DNA of 41,803 nt. It comes from Oscillospiraceae bacterium (GTDB lineage: Bacteria; Bacillota; Clostridia; Oscillospirales; UBA929). The stretch is taken from positions 1 to 41,803 of the forward strand of contig JAITQI010000084.1 in the NCBI GenBank assembly GCA_031289065.1, given 5' to 3'. The position numbers and the translations under genes were made by a program. The notes beneath the pieces were generated by a model. It saw only the letters and a program-made list of their open reading frames with translations, had not been told where the DNA came from and made no database searches. Shown here one piece after another: positions 1 to 8,353 of the stretch; positions within the stretch are counted from its first letter, which is position 1; each line of letters begins with the position of its first letter.

Positions 1-1
1 C

Positions 2-820
2 GGAACGGTCACCGGCGGCGGCGACTACGTCGTCGGCACGCCGGTCACGGTGACCGCCACACCCAACAGCGGCTACGCGTTTGACGGTTGGTACGACGTG
101 ACCGACCCCGCCGCGCCGCAACGGGTCTCCAACAGCGCCGCCTATACCTTCACCGCGGCGGACGCCCGCGCGCTGTCCGCCTCCTTCCAGCGGGAGACCT
201 CCGGGCCCTCGACGCCCACCACCCCCGTCGTCCCGCCCACGAATCCCCCTCTCGCCGTCCCGTCGGAGCCCTACTACGACGACGTGCCCGAGGGCCACTT
301 CTTCTACGACGCCATTCAGGCGCTCACCGACCTGGGTCTCATGGTGGGCACCGGCGACCGCACCTTCTCCCCCAACGGCCAGCTGACCCGGGGCATGATG
401 GCGACCATCCTCTACCGTCTCGAGGGCAAGCCCGCCGTCACCGGCGAGGCCCCCTTCTCCGACGTTGTGGCCGGTGAATGGTACGCCGACGGCGTCCTCT
501 GGGCGGCGCAAAGCGAGCTCCTCCTGGGCTACACCGACGGCCGCTCCGGCTGGAACGATCCCATTACCCGTGAGGATTTGGTAACCATTCTCTACCGGTA
601 CGCCAAGAGCAAGGGCGAGGACGTCAGCGCCGCGGTCGACCTGTCCGCGTACACCGACGCCGCGCAGGTGTCCGACTGGGCGCTGCCCGCCACAAAGTGG
701 GCGGTCTCCATCGGGCTCCTCCAGGGCCGCACCGGCACCACCCTCGTCCCCAAGGGCACCGCCACCCGGGCCGAAGTCGCCCTGTTCTACCAGCGCTACA
801 TCGAAAAGTTCCCCGCATAG
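2..820 (+). CDS. Cell-surface protein, 5'-truncated by the window edge: InlB-B-repeat-like module, Pro/Thr linker, three SLH domains
   Basis: The frame is open from base 2 (GTVTGGGDYVVGTPVTVTATPNSGYAFDGWY). It contains three SLH-like repeats (FYDAIQALTDLGLMVGTGDRTFSPNGQLTRG; FSDVVAGEWYADGVLWA; YTDAAQVSDWALPATKWAV). A strong hairpin terminator follows. Confidence 0.85.
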   Translation, partial: GTVTGGGDYVVGTPVTVTATPNSGYAFDGWYDVTDPAAPQRVSNSAAYTFTAADARALSASFQRETSGPSTPTTPVVPPTNPPLAVPSEPYYDDVPEGHFFYDAIQALTDLGLMVGTGDRTFSPNGQLTRGMMATILYRLEGKPAVTGEAPFSDVVAGEWYADGVLWAAQSELLLGYTDGRSGWNDPITREDLVTILYRYAKSKGEDVSAAVDLSAYTDAAQVSDWALPATKWAVSIGLLQGRTGTTLVPKGTATRAEVALFYQRYIEKFPA

Positions 821-846
821 ACGAGGGAAAGCAAGCAAGACAAGGA

Positions 847-884
847 TTGCCCCCCTCGGCCAACGCCGAGGGGGGCAATTTGTT
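847..884. terminator. Bidirectional intrinsic terminator between convergent genes
   Basis: 13-bp perfect stem TTGCCCCCCTCGG / CCGAGGGGGGCAA with a 6-nt loop, followed by TTTGTT. It lies between the SLH CDS (+) and pyrC (-). Confidence 0.75.
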
Positions 885-917
885 GCCAAAGTCTGTCCGT
901 TGGTTTCTCCGGGGGGC

Positions 918-2174
918 TTAAACGCGGTTTATCGCCGAGTATTTTACCCGGTGTTTGCCGTCCACGAAGACGTGGATGACCCGGCCCCGGAGGGTCATGC
1001 CGTCGAAGGGGGTGTTTTGGGATTTGGAGGCCATGAGGCGGGCTTCCACGCGCCAGGGGGCGTCGGGGTCGAAGAGGGTCAGGTCGGCGGGGCGGCCCTC
1101 CCCCACCCGTCCGGCGGGCAGTCCGGCCAGGCGGGCCGGGGCGGCGGTCATGGTGTGCAGTAGCCGGGGCAGGGGCATGAGCCCGGTGTGGTACAGGGCG
1201 GTGAGGGCGGCGGCCAGCAGGGTTTCCAGGCCGATGACCCCGTTGGGGGCCTTGGGGAAGGGCTGGGCCTTCTCGCTGGGGTGATGGGGGGCGTGGTCGG
1301 TGGCCAGGATGTCGATGGTGCCGTCCCGGAGGGCCTCGACGACGGCCTGGCGGTCCGACTCCTCGGCCAGGGGGGGATTCATTTTGGCGTTGGCGCCGAT
1401 GCGCTCCGTGTCGGCCCGGGTGAACCAAATGTAGTGGGGGCAGGTCTCGGCGGTCACCCTGACGCCCCGGGCTTTGGCGGCCCGGAGGAGCTCGACGGTC
1501 TCCCGGCGGCTGACGTGGCAGAGGTGCACCGGGCCGCCGGTGCGCTCGGCCAGCTCGATCTCCCGCAGGGCCTGGGGCGTCTCCGGCTCGCAGTGGGACA
1601 GCACCGGCAGGCCCAAGGCGGCGGCCCGGCGGAGGGCTTCCTCCATCAGGGCGGCGTCGGCCAAGGGCTTGCCGTCGTCGGACAGGGCGGCCGCCCCCGC
1701 CGCCTTCAGGGCCTCGAAGTCGGTCAGCCGGGCCCCGGCCAGGCGTTCGGTGAGCGCGCCCACCGGGTAGACGCGCACCAAATCGGCCTGGGCGGCCCGT
1801 TCGCACACCCCGGCGACCAGGGTGGGGCTGTCCAGGGGCGGCTCGGTGTTGGGCATACACAGCAGGCTGGTGACCCCGCCCAGGACGGCGGCCCGGCTGC
1901 CCGAGGCGATGTCCTCCTTGTGGGTCTGGCCCGGGTCCCGCAGGTGGGTGTGGACGTCCGTCAAGCCGGGGCAGACCACCAGCCCGGCGGCGTCCACGGT
2001 GTCATACACCCCGGGGGGGGTATAGTCCCCCGGCGGGGCGATCCGTTCGACCACCCCGCCTCGCAGGTACAGGTCGCACAGCTTATCCACCCCGGTGTCC
2101 GGGTCGATGAGCCGTCCGTTTCGGATCAGATAGGGCATGGTGGGACGAGGGGGTGTGTGGGTTGTGGGTTTCAT
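918..2174 (-). CDS. pyrC: Dihydroorotase (class I amidohydrolase)
   Basis: DVHTHLRDPGQTHKEDIASGSRAAVLGGVTSLLCMPNT matches the PyrC metal-binding region, and DHAPH lies near the C-terminus. An AGAGG RBS sits 8 nt upstream of the ATG at 2174. Confidence 0.9.
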   Translation of the reverse strand: MKPTTHTPPRPTMPYLIRNGRLIDPDTGVDKLCDLYLRGGVVERIAPPGDYTPPGVYDTVDAAGLVVCPGLTDVHTHLRDPGQTHKEDIASGSRAAVLGGVTSLLCMPNTEPPLDSPTLVAGVCERAAQADLVRVYPVGALTERLAGARLTDFEALKAAGAAALSDDGKPLADAALMEEALRRAAALGLPVLSHCEPETPQALREIELAERTGGPVHLCHVSRRETVELLRAAKARGVRVTAETCPHYIWFTRADTERIGANAKMNPPLAEESDRQAVVEALRDGTIDILATDHAPHHPSEKAQPFPKAPNGVIGLETLLAAALTALYHTGLMPLPRLLHTMTAAPARLAGLPAGRVGEGRPADLTLFDPDAPWRVEARLMASKSQNTPFDGMTLRGRVIHVFVDGKHRVKYSAINRV

Positions 2175-2215
2175 GGGGGGTACCTCTTTTCTTTGGACGG
2201 AGGAGGTTCGTTTTC

Positions 2216-2340
2216 AATGAAGAATTAAAAATGATACCCCTCGGGGCACAGGCGAATTAAGAATTGTGGAATCGCGCCGCGGCGCGATGATTGAATGGCC
2301 GCGCAGCGGCTCCTCAAATTTTCATTTTTTATTCTTAATT
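2216..2340. repeat. Full copy of the MITE/REP-like element (family A), with an extra CCCTCGGGG sub-module
   Basis: AATGAAGAATTAAAAAT..CCCCTCGGGGCACAGGCG AATTAAGAATT GTGGA ATCGCGCCGCGGCGCGAT..GCCGCGCAGCGGCTCC..TTTTCATTTTTTATTCTTAATT. Near-identical to copies at 38811 and 41568. It supplies the TAA stop of the GNAT gene. Confidence 0.85.
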
Positions 2341-2901
2341 TTTCTCCGTCAGCCAGGTGGGGTTTAGTTTGGATAGGCGGACGTGGTCTTCCCAGGCGCC
2401 GTTGATGTTGAGGTAGGCGGGGGAAAGGCCTTCGCAGATGAAGCCCAGCTTGTGGGCCACACGGAGGGAGGGTTTGTTCCGGGGCATGATGCTCATCTCC
2501 ACCCGGTGCAGGCCGAGCTGGGTGAAGGCGAACTCCAGCAGGCGGGCGGCGGCTTCGGTGGTATAGCCCCGGTTTTGCAGGGCGGCGTCGGCGCGGTAGG
2601 CCAGGTAGCAGGACAGGGCGGAGCCCCGGAGGACGTTGGTCAGGGCCACCGAGCCGACGATGCGGTCCGCGGTCTCCCGGAGGATCACCCAAAAGCGGTA
2701 TTGGGACCCGGCCGCCATGGCCCGCCACTCCTCCCGGAGAAGCCGCCGCTGAAAGGCCAGGGTAAAAAACGCCTCCTCCCGCCAGGGTTCATAGGGGCGC
2801 AAAAAGGTTCGGTTGCGCAGAAAATAGTCGGTCACGGCGGCGGTGAGCCACGGGCCGGAGGGGCGCAACCGGAGGCGCTCGGTTTCCAAATCGCTATACA
2901 T
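2335..2901 (-). CDS. GNAT family N-acetyltransferase (RimJ/RimL-like)
   Basis: 188 aa with a GNAT core (QNRGYTTEAAARLLEFAFTQLGLHRVEMSIMPRNKPSLRVAHKLGF). It ends ..TEKN-stop, with AAT TAA contributed by the repeat arm. Confidence 0.85.
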   Translation of the reverse strand: MYSDLETERLRLRPSGPWLTAAVTDYFLRNRTFLRPYEPWREEAFFTLAFQRRLLREEWRAMAAGSQYRFWVILRETADRIVGSVALTNVLRGSALSCYLAYRADAALQNRGYTTEAAARLLEFAFTQLGLHRVEMSIMPRNKPSLRVAHKLGFICEGLSPAYLNINGAWEDHVRLSKLNPTWLTEKN

Positions 2902-3065
2902 GTGAACCTCGATTCAACGAAGGATGGCCGGGGGGGCAGCGAGGACGAAATTTTGCCGGGAATCCGCCGCCCGTGAGAATTCCCAAAGATGAGAAATGAC
3001 GCTTCGACCTGGAACGACTGAATTCCCTATTTTGCGCCGGGAAATTTCTCGCTTTATCATGGACG

Positions 3066-3095
3066 AAGAAACGGCTTTATATGCCGTTTTTCTGT
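3066..3095. terminator. Hairpin terminator downstream of the DUF1015 gene
   Basis: AAACGGC-TTTATAT-GCCGTTT flanked by an A-run and a T-run, about 20 nt beyond the stop at 3113. Confidence 0.5.
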
Positions 3096-3112
3096 TCTGA
3101 GAACCGCTTTTG

Positions 3113-4387
3113 TCAATCGTCCAGGGGGTTGATGACCAGGCCGGTGGCGAGTTTGGGGTAGAAGTAGGTGGATTTTTGGGGCATCCGCTCCCCGGCGTCG
3201 GCCACGGTTCCGATCATGGGCACCGGCGTGGAGGGCAGCAGGAAGGCGCACTGATGGCCGCCGCCCCGCACCCCGTCCAGCGCTTCGGGCAGGCTGCGGG
3301 TGTAGGTCAGGTAGGTTTGGTCGGCCAGCTGGGCCCGGCCGATGCCCAAGCGGGGCTCCAAAATAAGGGCGTGAAGGAGGGAGACCTCCAGGGCGCGGTA
3401 AGCGTCGCTCTTGTGGGGCAAGGCTTGACGGATGGCCTCTGGGTTCCGGAGGGTGAGCAGGAGGGCCGCCGGGCCGCCGGAGTACAGGCCGACCGTGCGG
3501 GGCGACGCGGCGAGGGCGGCGGCGAGGGCTTCGGGCTCGGCGAGGCAGGGGGTCACGGTGAAGTCCTCGGCCAGGGCGGCCGTCAGGGCGTTGGGGTCAA
3601 AATCGGGCAGGCCGTGCACCAGCCGGTGGGTGGGCCACACCACAAGCCCCGGGTGATCCAGGGCGACCAGCATCATCAGCACCCCCCCCAAGGGATCCCC
3701 GGCGAGGGGGACGTGGCTCCGGCGTTTCGCCTCAAAAAAGGACAGGGCCGTTTCGTAGCGGTGGTGGCCGTCGGCCAGGTAGATCCGCCGGTCGGCCAGC
3801 GCCCCGGTGAGGGCGGCCTGGGCGATGGGGTCGGTCACGGTCCACAGGCTGTGGGTGACCCCGTCGCCGTCGGTGAAGGCGGACTCCGGGGGGGCGGACA
3901 TGGCGGCCCGGAGCCGGGCGTCGGCCCCGCCGGTGGGGTCGCTGTACAGGCCGTAAATCGGGCTGATGTTGCAAAATGTCTGCTCCATTAGGGAAAACCG
4001 GTCTGATTTGTCCTTGGAAAGGGTCTCCTCGTGGGGCAGGACGCTGCCCTGGCCGAAGGGTTCCAGGCCCACCCGGGCAAAAAAGCCGTACACCGACCGG
4101 GGCGCCCCGCCCTCGGCGAAGTCCATCCGGCAGACATAGTAGGCGGGGTCGCCGTCCCGGCGGAGGATACCATCGGACAGCCAGCGGCGCAGGGTTTCCC
4201 CGGCCCGGCGGTAGCGGTCTTCCCCCAGGGGGCGCTCCAGCCGGATGACGTTGTACGGGCTTTGGGCCTCCAGGGCGGCCTGGCCGACGGGGGAGATGAT
4301 GTCGTAAGGCGGGCAGCAGAGTTCGCCGAGTTCGCCGGCCCGGTCGGTATCATAACGCAGGGCGCGGAAGGGAGCGATGTAAGCCAT
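3113..4387 (-). CDS. DUF1015 domain-containing protein
   Basis: The N-terminus MAYIAPFRALRYD...CPPYDIIS is typical of DUF1015. I chose the internal ATG at 4387, because the track's upstream extension to 4612 is not protein-like. Confidence 0.85.
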   Translation of the reverse strand: MAYIAPFRALRYDTDRAGELGELCCPPYDIISPVGQAALEAQSPYNVIRLERPLGEDRYRRAGETLRRWLSDGILRRDGDPAYYVCRMDFAEGGAPRSVYGFFARVGLEPFGQGSVLPHEETLSKDKSDRFSLMEQTFCNISPIYGLYSDPTGGADARLRAAMSAPPESAFTDGDGVTHSLWTVTDPIAQAALTGALADRRIYLADGHHRYETALSFFEAKRRSHVPLAGDPLGGVLMMLVALDHPGLVVWPTHRLVHGLPDFDPNALTAALAEDFTVTPCLAEPEALAAALAASPRTVGLYSGGPAALLLTLRNPEAIRQALPHKSDAYRALEVSLLHALILEPRLGIGRAQLADQTYLTYTRSLPEALDGVRGGGHQCAFLLPSTPVPMIGTVADAGERMPQKSTYFYPKLATGLVINPLDD

Positions 4388-4635
4388 GAACCGTGAAACC
4401 CCTTTCAGAAAAACAGGATACCCGCATTGTACCAAATTTTCGGCGGCAAGTAAAGACGGCGAACCGCGAATCGCCGACAACAAATCGTCGGGGGCCGCCG
4501 CCGTCCGACCGCTGGGGCCGGAATGTTTTTCCACTGTGAAGGGGGCGGTTTGGGGGTATACTATGGCCGGATATTTTTTTGGCGAAGCGATTTTCCGCGC
4601 CGCCGGGCGCACATTTTATCAAGGAGGGTTTTTCT

Positions 4636-4794
4636 ATGTATCACGCGAGCAACTTTTTCAAGGGCGTCGGCGTGGGCCTGCTGGTGGGGGCGGCGACCAC
4701 CGCCTTCATGCTGCCCACCGACAAGCGCAAGCTCAAATCCGGCGCGGGCCGCGCCCTGCGCGCCGTAGGACACGTGCTGGACAGCTTCAGCTGA
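4636..4794 (+). CDS. Small membrane protein, YtxH-like (52 aa)
   Basis: AAGGAGGG RBS 7-8 nt before the ATG at 4636. MYHASNFFKGVGVGLLVGAATTAFMLPTDKRKLKSG resembles the YtxH Gly-zipper helix followed by a basic tail. Confidence 0.5.
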   Translation: MYHASNFFKGVGVGLLVGAATTAFMLPTDKRKLKSGAGRALRAVGHVLDSFS

Positions 4795-4900
4795 GAGAGG
4801 ACAGGGGACAGAGGACAGAGCGCGAGGACGGGGACGGAAAATAAGTCTCACCGGTTCTGTCTTCTGCGCCTCTGTCTTCTGCGCCTCTGTCTTCTGTTCT
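4793..4900. repeat. Purine-rich GAGGACAG iterations facing a 15-bp tandem repeat (TCTGTCTTCTGCGCC, 2 perfect units plus 1 degenerate); an imperfect long hairpin
   Basis: Tandem units at 4856-4870, 4871-4885 and 4886-4900. Upstream, GAGAGGACAGGGGACAGAGGACAGAG is partly complementary to them. Related motifs occur at 5414-5427, 24012-24046 and 34993-35055. Confidence 0.7.
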
Positions 4901-5167
4901 CGCGCCGGAGGTTTTTGGGGCAAAAGAAAAGCGCCCGGCCCTGGTGGGCTGAGTGCTTATCATGCGCTTGGGGGGTCTGGGGATTACTTTTGTTTGGCTT
5001 GCCTGTCCTCGTTGGTGTAGCCGTGAATGAACGCCTTGGTTTCGTCCACGTCCACGAAATCGTCCGGGCGAAGCTGAACCAGCAATGCCCGCAAAACTCG
5101 GCCTCCGCGTCAAACAGGCGGCCACAGTACCCGCATTTGCGAACCTTTATGTGGCTTGCGCCTCCTG

Positions 5168-5398
5168 TTAAGAACGTTCCGCCAAGAGGGTCATGCTTTC
5201 GATTTCGTCAACAATGAATTCGACCGGTATTCCGCCGTTGTTTGTGAGGATGGTGATACATTCCCCATTCGGCTCGTTGTCCAGTTCGCTGGCCCAGTCG
5301 TCCCAAACGCCATCAAAAACGCTACCGTTAAAGCAGCGAACGCGGACGTTTTTGCCCATCATGTGCCAATGCGCAAGTGTGTCAAATTTCGGTTTCAT
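5168..5398 (-). CDS. Hypothetical small protein (76 aa), possibly LSm-like and phage-associated
   Basis: Strong AAAGGAGG RBS 8 nt upstream of the ATG at 5398. Lower GC than its surroundings. The sequence is non-repetitive and protein-like (GKNVRVRCFNGSVFDGVWDDWASELDNEPNGECITI). Co-oriented downstream of the ImmA-like gene. Confidence 0.5.
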   Translation of the reverse strand: MKPKFDTLAHWHMMGKNVRVRCFNGSVFDGVWDDWASELDNEPNGECITILTNNGGIPVEFIVDEIESMTLLAERS

Positions 5399-5434
5399 GT
5401 TCCGGGCCTCCTTTGTCTTCTGTCTTCCGCGAGA

Positions 5435-6160
5435 CTATTGGCCCACGTTCAGGGCCGCCAATTTGTTGGCGCAGGGCTGGGGCAGGGGGCCTTGGGCTTG
5501 GAGGTAGGGGAGGAAGCGGGCGAAGAGGGCCTGTTCGGTTTTGTCCCGGAGGAACAGATCCCGCTGGTAGAGCAGGGCCATGCGGGCGGCCCGCTGTCGG
5601 GCGACGGCGAGGGGCAGGCCGCAGACCCGGGCGATGTCCTCGGCGGTGCGCAGGCCCAGGCCCCATAGCACGCAGGCGGGGGAGAGCAGCCGGGCGGCCA
5701 GCATGTTGGCGTCCCGCTCCAGGATGTCGTCCCGTTCCAGGCCGACGTCCCATTCCCGGGTGTTGGCCCGGGTGAAGCGCACCCGGCCCCGGTCCGCGTC
5801 CCGGCGTTCCTCGGGGGCGTGGCCCAGCACGGCGTGGCCCAACTCGTGGGCCAGGGTGAAGTCCCGGTTGACGCCGGGGGGCAGGGCGTTGCTGAGAAAG
5901 ATGCACCACCGGTGGCCCACGTGGACGGCGAAGCCGTCGTTGTCCCGGCAGTGGTCGGTGAGGCCCATGGCGCGCAGCAGGGGCAGGCCCTGGGCGTACC
6001 CCAGGACGGGGATACCCAGCCGCCGGGCGGTCTCGGCGCAGGAGACCGGCAGGGCGTCGGCCCCCACCCGGAGCAGCAGCCGCCAGGCGGCGTTGCGCAC
6101 ACCTTTATAGACCCCGTAGTAAGAGGGGGCCTCGTAAGCGGGCGGCGGGGGCGAACTCAC
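5435..6160 (-). CDS. ImmA/IrrE family metallo-endopeptidase
   Basis: HEXXH motif (TLAHELGHAVLGH). The proposed GTG start at 6160 overlaps the repressor stop (GTGA), implying translational coupling. The start is uncertain. Confidence 0.8.
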   Translation of the reverse strand: MSSPPPPAYEAPSYYGVYKGVRNAAWRLLLRVGADALPVSCAETARRLGIPVLGYAQGLPLLRAMGLTDHCRDNDGFAVHVGHRWCIFLSNALPPGVNRDFTLAHELGHAVLGHAPEERRDADRGRVRFTRANTREWDVGLERDDILERDANMLAARLLSPACVLWGLGLRTAEDIARVCGLPLAVARQRAARMALLYQRDLFLRDKTEQALFARFLPYLQAQGPLPQPCANKLAALNVGQ

Positions 6161-6561
6161 GCCCGCGTCTCCGGGGCGGGGTCCTCCGTCAGGAGCGCGC
6201 CCAGCTTGGCCGGATCGTCCAGGAGGTCGCAGACCCAGTTGGCCACATCGGCGTCCACGTTGTAGACTTTTTTGTCGCCGTTGCGGCTGATCACGGAGAC
6301 CTCTTTGCGCTCGGGGGCGCGTTCGGGCGTCGTCTCCCGCCGCCGGTCGGTCTCCCCGATCAGGTAGCGCACATCGACGCCGAGACGTTCGGCGTAGAGG
6401 CGCACGACGTTGACTTTGGGGGAGCGCAGACCGTTTTCGTAGCGGGAGAGAACCTGCTTGGAGGTGCCGAGCAGCCGCCCCATCGCCTCGAGGGTCATCT
6501 GCCGCTCCTGCCGGGCCTGTTTGAGCCGCCGTCCAAATTGCATATTGATTTCGCTCATCAT
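6157..6561 (-). CDS. XRE-family HTH repressor (ImmR/CI-like)
   Basis: FGRRLKQARQERQMTLEAMGRLLGTSKQVLSRYENGLRSPKVNVVRLYAERLGVDVRYLIGE is a canonical HTH_3 domain. GAAGGAG RBS. The ImmA-like gene lies immediately downstream. Confidence 0.9.
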   Translation of the reverse strand: MMSEINMQFGRRLKQARQERQMTLEAMGRLLGTSKQVLSRYENGLRSPKVNVVRLYAERLGVDVRYLIGETDRRRETTPERAPERKEVSVISRNGDKKVYNVDADVANWVCDLLDDPAKLGALLTEDPAPETRA

Positions 6562-6623
6562 TTGACCGCTCCTTCTGGCGGACCGACCGGCGGGATAGAG
6601 GGATCGGCCGGGCCGCTGGGCTC

Positions 6624-6652
6624 AGTATACCACACGCTGTCACCAAAATCAA
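6624..6652 (-). promoter_or_regulatory. Sigma-A-type promoter for the repressor/ImmA operon
   Basis: On the minus strand: TTGATT, 17 nt, (TGG)TATACT with an extended -10 TGn. One TGTCACCAAA box lies in the spacer. Confidence 0.6.
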
Positions 6653-6744
6653 GACAAAATGAGGAAGTTTCCCCCGATTTGTCACCAAACGCTTGACACA
6701 TGCCGGGTTCTATGGTATTCTCTGGTTGTCACCAAACGGACAAC
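6638..6744 (+). promoter_or_regulatory. Three direct copies of the putative operator box TGTCACCAAA
   Basis: Exact 10-mers at 6638-6647, 6680-6689 and 6727-6736, all in the same orientation. They sit in the leftward promoter spacer, just upstream of the rightward -35, and just downstream of the rightward -10. The third copy extends to GTCACCAAACGGACAAC (6728-6744). Confidence 0.6.
6693..6721 (+). promoter_or_regulatory. Sigma-A-type promoter for the Cro-like/collagen/CBM operon
   Basis: TTGACA (6693-6698), 17 nt, (TGG)TATTCT (6716-6721). Back-to-back with the leftward promoter. Confidence 0.6.
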
Positions 6745-6764
6745 AAATAGAAGGAGATGAGGGT

Positions 6765-7019
6765 ATGAACCAGGCGAAACTGAGAAGTCTCATTTACGGG
6801 CGCTACCGCACCGCCGCGGAGATGGCGCGGCAGATGGGATGGGGAAAACAGAAGCTGCACAGGGTTGTCAACGGGAAACAGGATCCAAACCTGTTGGATC
6901 TGACCGACATGGCCCATGCGCTGGGCAAGCCGATGATGGAGATGGTGGATATTTTTCTCCCCCAAAAATCACCAAACGGGCAACTTTTGAAACGGGCACG
7001 GGAGGCTGAAGCGGTATGA
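6765..7019 (+). CDS. Small HTH protein, Cro/XRE-like (84 aa)
   Basis: GAAGGAG RBS before the ATG at 6765. [26 protein letters not shown] is HTH-like. Divergent from the repressor. The stop overlaps the next start (ATGA). Confidence 0.75.
   Translation: MNQAKLRSLIYGRYRTAAEMARQMGWGKQKLHRVVNGKQDPNLLDLTDMAHALGKPMMEMVDIFLPQKSPNGQLLKRAREAEAV
6968..6984 (+). promoter_or_regulatory. Fourth operator-like box inside the 3' end of the Cro-like CDS
   Basis: ATCACCAAACGGGCAAC matches GTCACCAAACGGACAAC (6728-6744) at 15 of 17 positions. It lies about 30 nt before the collagen-like gene start. Confidence 0.4.
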
Positions 7020-8353
7020 ATATCCTGTTGACTGTGGGGGAAGACCGGCGGCTGAGCTGCGAGACCACCCGCTGGGGGGCCATGGGGGATCACCGGAGCG
7101 TTTCGGTGACCGTGGCCGGGCCGCCGTCCCTGGCCGACCGCCAAAAGCGCCTGGAATTCGAGACGCCGGGGGGCTGCCTGTACTACCCTCTGGGCGGAGA
7201 GGCCTTTGCCCTGCCCTTTGCGGTCACCCGACACCCCCTGGCCCGGGTGCAGGTGACCTATACCGCTCCCGGCGAAGCGGGGGAGACGATTGTGGCCCGG
7301 TCGGACACGCTGACGGTGACCTTCGCCCCCTCGGTGGCGGACGGGCAGCCGGGGGGCGAAACCCACGGGGACATCTTGTCCGGCTTGGAGGCGCGGGCCT
7401 TTGTGGCCCTGGCCGAAGGGGCGGAGGGGACGGATTTCCTCAACCTGGCGGGGGAGACGGTGGCCGCCCTGCCGCCGGGCCAGGGCGGCGCGGGGGGACA
7501 AGGCCCCCAAGGGCCCAAGGGCGACCCCGGCGATCCCGGCCCCCAAGGGCCGAAGGGAGATAAAGGGGACAAGGGAGACAGCGGCGACGGGGGCGGCACG
7601 AGCGTCCCCGGCCCCCAGGGCGCTCCGGGTGCGCAAGGCCCCAAAGGGGACACGGGCGACCCCGGTCCCCAAGGCCCCCAAGGGCCCCAAGGTCTCCCCG
7701 GTGAGCCCGGTTCCCAGGGAAACCCGGGGGCGGCGGCGACAGTGGCGGTGGGTACGGTGACCGCCGCCGGGTCGGACGCGCCCGCCTCGGTGGTCAACAG
7801 CGGCACGGCCAGCGCCGCCGTGCTGGACTTCGTCCTGCCCGGGGGCGGGGCGGGGAGCGCGCTGCCTTCCGTCCGGTGGGAGCGGATCGGGGTGTACACC
7901 GTCTCCGACGAAGAGACCACCGAGGTCGAGTTCCCGGTGACGGCGCCCTTCCAGCTCGCGGCCCTGTTCATCCTGCTGGACGGGGCTTACGGAGGGGTCT
8001 TCGCCATAGACGCGGGGGAGGACGAAAAGGGGGCGGAGCCCTCCTACTTTACGGGAGGCGGCTGGTGGGGCCCGGCCTGGGAGATCTATCCCCCCTTCGG
8101 CGACTGCCGGGCCCGGATCACGCTCAACCGCGCCGGGGGCGGCGTGTTTGGCGACGCGGCATTTTTCCAGATCCACAACATGTTCGGCGGGGGATTCGAC
8201 ACAAGCCCGCTGGTACGCCGGGAGGAGGGGTTCGGCGACCGGATCCGTTTCGGGGGGGAATACCCCTTCCCGGCGGGGATGCGGTTTCAGGTTTACGCGC
8301 TGCGGGACGTCGGACTGCCGACGGATCCGCTTGAGGAAGAGGAGGAAGTTTGA
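7016..8353 (+). CDS. Collagen triple-helix repeat protein, phage tail-fibre-like
   Basis: Two G-X-Y blocks ([29 protein letters not shown] and [40 protein letters not shown]). These are followed by [37 protein letters not shown], a motif I associate with prophage collagen-like fibres. Confidence 0.85.
   Translation: MNILLTVGEDRRLSCETTRWGAMGDHRSVSVTVAGPPSLADRQKRLEFETPGGCLYYPLGGEAFALPFAVTRHPLARVQVTYTAPGEAGETIVARSDTLTVTFAPSVADGQPGGETHGDILSGLEARAFVALAEGAEGTDFLNLAGETVAALPPGQGGAGGQGPQGPKGDPGDPGPQGPKGDKGDKGDSGDGGGTSVPGPQGAPGAQGPKGDTGDPGPQGPQGPQGLPGEPGSQGNPGAAATVAVGTVTAAGSDAPASVVNSGTASAAVLDFVLPGGGAGSALPSVRWERIGVYTVSDEETTEVEFPVTAPFQLAALFILLDGAYGGVFAIDAGEDEKGAEPSYFTGGGWWGPAWEIYPPFGDCRARITLNRAGGGVFGDAAFFQIHNMFGGGFDTSPLVRREEGFGDRIRFGGEYPFPAGMRFQVYALRDVGLPTDPLEEEEEV

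Noticed and set aside
796-2228. Long ORFs 796..1860(-) and 1188..2228(+) overlapping pyrC
   Set aside because: Their translations are Arg/Pro/Gly-rich low-complexity strings typical of off-frame reading in high-GC DNA. The pyrC frame has clear family motifs.
2225-2728. ORFs translated through repeat elements (e.g. ..LRIKNENLRS.. in 2225..2728(-))
   Set aside because: They are composed of repeat-arm sequence plus off-frame GNAT sequence. Identical peptide words arise wherever the element occurs, so they reflect the repeat rather than a gene.
4856-4900. Possible CRISPR array
   Set aside because: The units are contiguous 15-bp tandem repeats with no spacers, far shorter than CRISPR repeats, and no cas genes are present.
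5435-6688. 417-aa ORF spanning ImmA plus the repressor region
   Set aside because: Only the C-terminal 241 aa (from the GTG at 6160) is protein-like (HEXXH peptidase). The upstream part is an alternative frame of the well-supported XRE repressor gene.
6803-8176. 457-aa and 237-aa minus-strand ORFs antisense to the collagen-like gene
   Set aside because: They are antisense readings of G-X-Y repeat DNA (P/G/R-rich) with no start context. The plus frame is coherent and translationally coupled to its neighbours.
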